DNA of 62,912 nucleotides, filler included, from Neolecta irregularis DAH-3 (Eukaryota): NCBI GenBank assembly GCA_001929475.1. It is 11 parts of 11 records of this genome, joined end to end, with 100 filler letters (N's around TTAATTAATTAA, not from the genome) between each part and the next. Parts side by side here need not be neighbours in the genome. Positions count along the whole stretch, not along the records: positions 56,962 to 61,750 come from LXFE01002866.1; positions 61,851 to 62,912 come from LXFE01000267.1; 9 more parts are not named here. One strand, 5' to 3'. Shown piece by piece: positions 61,203 to 62,912 of this stretch (position 1 is its first letter; each line of letters starts with the position of its first letter). The notes under the pieces were generated by a model. It saw only the letters and a program-made list of their open reading frames with translations, ran no database searches and was not told where the DNA came from. The position numbers and the translations under genes were made by a program.

Positions 61203-61554
61203 CTACTTTCCTGCAACAGAAGCAATTGTATCTCTCATCTTATCCCATAATGTATAGCGATTTATATCCTCCACCGGGTCGTCATACGTGCTGGGAAGAC
61301 TACGACGACTCCGTTGAGGTACTACCTGTTACTCCCGCCGGAATATCAATGTACCAGGATATGAAAATGGAATAGCCTCGGGTTTTTCGTATCCCAGCCA
61401 ACGACGAAATGGTCGAACAGTGAACACCATCACCGGTCCTGCGACAATCAGAAAGAAAAATGTCAAGCCTACCCAATGTCCCTATGAAAACACTCCAGAC
61501 GATTGCCGGTTGTTCTCTTGATTTTTGAGCAAGCCATTTTGTTAGCGATGACAT
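61203..61554 (-). CDS. NADH:ubiquinone oxidoreductase 9.5 kDa subunit (NDUFA3/NI9M-like)
   Basis: WLAQKSREQPAIVWSVFIGTLG|PVMVFTVRPFRRWLGYEKPEAIPFSYP|VPQRSRRSLPSTYDD. Confidence 0.8.
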
Positions 61555-62009
61555 TGCGAATAGCGGAGATTGAAAGTAAAATGATAGTTTTCGGTATTGG
61601 GCAAGTTACTACAACTGCAGCTGCAATCTTGTCATTTTACACTAAAGTATTGTGTCGCATTGATACAGTCGATTACCATACGAAGATAAGCGACCCATTG
61701 TCGCATCTCGTTGCCGGACCCTCTGCTCGTTCATATTATTTCTTGCGTCANNNNNNNNNNNNNNNNNNNNNNNNNNNNNNNNNNNNNNNNNNNNTTAATT
61801 AATTAANNNNNNNNNNNNNNNNNNNNNNNNNNNNNNNNNNNNNNNNNNNNCTATGGAAGGAGGTTGTCTACCATGGGATTCAAATATTGGCAGGGTTATC
61901 CCAATCACATTTACCCTAAAAAGAATTTTAGGGTGTGTTTCACAAAAACAAATATTTCATTACACTAGCGCCTTGTATTCGAGTCGCGACAAAAAGTTAT
62001 ACTCACATC

Positions 62010-62912
62010 ATGTTACCAAAGCTCATCGTCATCGGACTTTATACTTTTCTATGTTCAGCAATAGAGCTCGAGGGTTTCAAAGACGTTACAGGTGAGTTGG
62101 AACACTCTCAAGTGCTCTACCAAGGCATGTCAGCAAATTTGTCCCTTGCGGAAAACATAGACAAGCTCAAGGGAATAAGCCAGTGTGCTAAAGCATGCCT
62201 TGACGCCAAATATTTGTGCAAAGTGTTCATAGTAACCTCTTTGCCTACGAATCGCCTGCAATGCAGGATGTTTAAGATTCCGGCATCACAATTAATCCCT
62301 GTCCCTGTAAGCACTGTTGGATCGTCGGTAATATTCGAGCAAGTGCTTGCGACCAATGGATTCTTATCTTCTAGGACTTTTGAACCAGAGCCAATTGAAC
62401 CTGTTATTGAGAGATTTTTATATGATTATAAAATGCCCGAAGACTATTGGGCCGGCAGACTTGTTAATGGGTATTGCCTAGCAGGGGAACGAATATGTGG
62501 ATTTCTCCCGCATATAATAACAGCTTGCAAAACTGCCATGTATAGCGAACCAGCAAGAGCAATCGATTTTGAGAGATGGACTCTTATGAGGGATATTTCC
62601 GAGGCTCAGAGACCAATTAGCGAACTTGAAGCATTGAAGATTATGGAAGGCGTCAAATCTTGGGAAGAATATTCACAAAAAACGAAACTTGAATCTTCAG
62701 GATCCTTTGCCACCATTTTGTTGACTTTTCTCGATATATTTTGTCCGCATATTCGTCGGGGCACGACAACTATTTACGATCCAATCGAAAAGGTACTTTT
62801 CATTGATAACGAAGATATTCACATACTCGTTGCTACATTCGGGCCCGGTGATTATGCAATAGTACGAGACCAGCTAAAGTCCAGAGACAATTCAGAAGTT
62901 TTGGTGTGTTTG
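62010..62912 (+). CDS. Secreted protein with N-terminal PAN/apple-like domain plus unknown domain; open to window end (>301 aa)
   Basis: Uninterrupted frame from ATG 62010 (not in the ORF track because there is no stop): signal MLPKLIVIGLYTFLCSA-IE; CAKACLDAKYLC-x14-CRMF. Confidence 0.72.
   Translation, partial: MLPKLIVIGLYTFLCSAIELEGFKDVTGELEHSQVLYQGMSANLSLAENIDKLKGISQCAKACLDAKYLCKVFIVTSLPTNRLQCRMFKIPASQLIPVPVSTVGSSVIFEQVLATNGFLSSRTFEPEPIEPVIERFLYDYKMPEDYWAGRLVNGYCLAGERICGFLPHIITACKTAMYSEPARAIDFERWTLMRDISEAQRPISELEALKIMEGVKSWEEYSQKTKLESSGSFATILLTFLDIFCPHIRRGTTTIYDPIEKVLFIDNEDIHILVATFGPGDYAIVRDQLKSRDNSEVLVCL

Noticed and set aside
2111..61850. Regularly recurring TTAATTAATTAA palindrome (PacI-like; repeat-spacer look)
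   Set aside because: Always embedded in exactly 44+44 Ns: an artificial six-frame-stop contig linker

Overview
Intron-rich fungal (ascomycete) nuclear DNA. The gene content and the very short 31-45 nt introns suggest Taphrinomycotina, possibly a Neolecta-like organism; this is inference only. The window is a concatenation of about 11 contigs/scaffolds joined by artificial 100-nt N44-TTAATTAATTAA-N44 linkers, so adjacency across linkers is not biological. Core blocks carry housekeeping genes: IMP3, CNS1, TRS120, CLD1-like, RIM15/cek1, GET2, MRP49, NCR1, pcp1, PAB1, a ZnF-UBP deubiquitinase, MED9, RPC31, POL5, RPS0, SAR1, BCS1 and a complex I 9.5 kDa subunit. Contig ends carry DNA-transposon-like remnants, microsatellites, GC-rich fragments of conserved genes (MesA/Afi1, Vps33, ING, kinase-like) and five lineage-specific secreted-protein genes. 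The highlight is a 4-exon minus-strand gene (38749->37968) that I reconstructed by hand. It encodes a ~222-aa protein with an N-terminal signal peptide and a C-terminal WH2-WH2-Central-Acidic (WCA/VCA) module ending DDDEEENDTWLQ, i.e. a candidate secreted fungal Arp2/3 activator (WASP/WAVE mimic). The model depends on one weak 34-nt intron. Also notable: two secreted PAN/apple-like proteins, a 54-aa Cys-rich secreted peptide missed by the ORF track, and five tandemly duplicated phase-0 exon+intron modules in the pcp1 coiled coil.
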